Positions 61,255-64,000 of a stretch of DNA of 64,000 nt are shown here, in pieces; the stretch's first letter is position 1, and each line of letters begins with the position of its first letter. This DNA is from Trichoplax adhaerens (lineage: Eukaryota; Animalia; Placozoa): NCBI RefSeq assembly GCF_000150275.1, contig NW_002060947.1, positions 7,425,880 to 7,489,879 of the forward strand. The letters run 5' to 3'. The notes below the pieces were generated by a model. It was not told the origin of the DNA, did not search any database, and saw nothing but the letters and a program-made list of their open reading frames with translations. The translations under genes and the position numbers were made by a program.

Positions 61255-62730
61255 GTTGTGATGAAGAAGAAGGAAATGGATGCAATTTGACGATGATTGA
61301 AAGCGAATTGATCAAGATTTTCGTCTCTTCACGTCCAGTTAATTAAAGCTTGAGAACGATTCGAGCTTACGTCTTGGTTCAAGACTAGCAACTGTTGCCA
61401 AGTGAGCACAAGTGGACAGATCGCGCGATACTATTCGGTACATGGCTACAGGCTAATATAAACAGTATGGAAAAATGGTCGATATAACTATGGAAACGTG
61501 TAGTCATGTCAATGGTTCTTTATCCCTTAATAAAGCTACGCAAACAGTGCTAATCACGCCATACTAAACCGAGTAGCGAGGTGATCTATCGAGCAGCAAC
61601 TATGGCGAAGCTCCCTAGCATACTGAGTATTATGGAGTTATGGACTTCTAGCGCCAGAAAGTGCTGCAAATGAATGGTAGATCGTAGAATAATTCTCATT
61701 TATTCAAGCTCAATGTATTTGACAGCATTTATAAGAAAACTATTAGTAGGATAAGCCTAAACCATGGCTGCTTCTACAGATTACGTAAATAAATGTTGGT
61801 TTATCGGCTAGTTTAACATTTATTCCTAACGGTAATACCATAGCAAATTAATTCCTAGAAATTCAAGATACAGCTATATCATCAAATATCCACTGCTATA
61901 GGAATGCTTAGGAGTATATCATAACTTACGCATATAGATGTAATACTAATATACACAACACTCTATAGATGTTAACGCAAAATGGCGTTCAGCCATGGAC
62001 TCCTAAGAAGACTTTCTCTTTGCCGTTTTTACGTGTCTTCTGATGCTGCATATGTACGGTATGCTGATTGAATCTTAAGTGATCTACAGGCTCGTAGAGG
62101 CTCCTCACGTTTTCTTGTAATATACACTGCAGTAAGATTGCATGCTCTTGTACAGCATCCCTGCATAATTTTTGTGCAATAAGCAACAATCTATAGCACG
62201 CTCTTGAGCAGCACCTCTACATAATTTCATTGCGATCAAGATTTAATATATTTGCATTTCTATTAGTTAGTAGGATCACTTTGCTAACGACCAAGGTATA
62301 ATTTTATTATTGTGTTAGTCTATCTACTCTGTGAGTATGCCTGACAGAAGCATCATCGAGCTTTCAAATGTATCGATTATTTTATCCCACTTTACAGGTT
62401 ATCTGTATATTCTCTAAAATTCTTATAACATTACTTTAGATTAGGCATAGACTACTAGTCCATGGATTAGAAAGTTATGCTAGAACACCTGGATATAAAT
62501 ACAAAATAATCCAATATTACACAATTACCATCGTGGCAGGATAGATCAATTCTCGTATATAACGAAATCTAATTATGGTGACTCAAACTTATGATGGAAT
62601 AGTTGCATTTTATTTCAATCGCTTCAATGTAATTCTACGTTATGAACATGAGAGCCAAGAAAGAGATAAAATGAAAATAAACAGCACAACTGTTGTCATG
62701 TATTGAATAGTTATATAATTTTAAGTTGTT

Positions 62731-63947
62731 TTATACTTTGTTGCTTTTAGTCTTCTTTAACTCTTTTGTGGTCAGTTTATCGGTAGGCACAGGTTTCGTA
62801 AACTCAATGAAAGCGCAGTCGGGTGGCAAATATTGATGCAAGACTTCAGGAACAGCGATACCAGTTTCAGTTTGGAATGTCTCCAAAATGGCACAAATGG
62901 CGCGAGTAGTAGCACACATAGTCGAATTTAGCATATGAACATATTCCGCCTTGATATGAAATGAAAGATGGGGATACAAATTTTTTATGCAGTTTCAATA
63001 TCAATGCAATAGTTGCTTTAATATCTTATTATAAATAGCTATAACAATTTTTATTGCCTTCAAAATACATCTTATACTGATTGTGCATACCTGGGCATTC
63101 ATTTTTTTTGTTTGGCCAAATCGAATCTGTAACCTTCTTGACTGATAATCCGTACAATTGGAGCAAGATACAAGCTCTCGAAAAGCGCCCGATCCAGGAA
63201 ACCAAGCCTCCAAGTCTAACTTTTTCGAAGCAGCATTGTTAAGAGCTCCTGAAACGATGTTGACAATTCGATAGCTAATACCAAGGGATTGATAGTAATC
63301 ACTTGCATTTTCAATCATTTCTTCCATCAATTTCCATGATTCGTTATCATTCGGTGAACATAGAACAAACTGCTCAATCTTGCAAAATTGAATGGAGAGA
63401 TTAATACTTATAAGGCGATAGGTAGTCATTTAACTAACAAAGTAAACTCGTAACAAAAGAGTGTCATCTTTTTCTACTAGTTTTACCTTTTCAAACTGGT
63501 GAACACGGAAGATACCACGCGTATCACGGCCGTGAGAACCAACTTCTTGTCTAAAACAAGTGGAAACACCGGCATACTTCTTAGGTAGCTCGGAAGGATT
63601 AATCCATTCGGCACGATGATAGGCCGCAATTGGTTGTTCACTAGTAGCAATTAGGTATTTTTCATCAATGGAAGAATCGTCAACATTTTCACTACCTTTA
63701 CCAATCACCTATCCCAAAATTTGAAAGATTAATATTGGGTGTACATACACTTGACGTAAGTTGTATTTTTGTGAAAGTAAGTTGAACAAACCTTGTATAA
63801 CTCTTCATCGAATTGGCTCAACTGTGCTACTTCTGTCATAACTTCTTTTCGCATTAGAAAAGGCGTGTACAGTGGAACATATCCCTTTTTAGCTAAAATC
63901 CTTAGAGCATGTTGTATGAGAGCAAATTCCAGAAACACCAGTTTCCC
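62731..63947 (-). CDS. SARS1: Cytosolic seryl-tRNA synthetase, 3' part; the gene continues beyond the window end
   Basis: [109 protein letters not shown]; four exons visible. Confidence 0.97.
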
Positions 63948-64000
63948 CTACCGAGAATATTTTTGTCTAATTTAGCCTTGAGGAGTAGGATGTGCGCTAG

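Noticed and set aside
61560-62300. Possible small gene between UBA3 and SARS1 (MAFSHGLLRRLSL.. presequence-like peptide; ORF 61989-62189)
   Set aside because: No phase-consistent splice path without stops or implausibly short introns, and no recognisable family. An unidentified remnant cannot be excluded.

Overview
AT-rich eukaryotic (metazoan) genomic DNA with many short GT-AG introns. Composition, intron size and gene content suggest a non-bilaterian animal such as the placozoan Trichoplax; this is inference, not a database result. Most entries in the ORF track are exon fragments or antisense shadows, so gene models were rebuilt by hand from splice sites and reading phase. Eight spliced genes, left to right: (1) a secreted or surface IgGFc-binding/FCGBP-N protein with DGxDNDCD acidic repeats, HYR-like modules and EGF domains (-, runs off the left edge); (2) an atlastin-family GTPase with an unusual coiled-coil and single tail-anchor C-terminus (-); (3) a receptor tyrosine kinase with an L1CAM/contactin-like 6-Ig + 3-FN3 ectodomain and a RET/FGFR-type kinase, carrying an apparent frameshift in the Ig1 exon (+); (4) caveolin with a probable long/short isoform arrangement (-); (5) aminoacylase-1 (-), head-to-head with (6) a single-domain class IIb HDAC (+), with a young 6 x 191-bp array between them; (7) UBA3 (-), containing a U12-type intron; (8) cytosolic seryl-tRNA synthetase (-, runs off the right edge). 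Also present: a ~95-bp hairpin tandem array with a MITE-like insertion, a possible OTU/vertnin-like pseudogene remnant, and many local duplications. No rRNA, tRNA or CRISPR features were seen.
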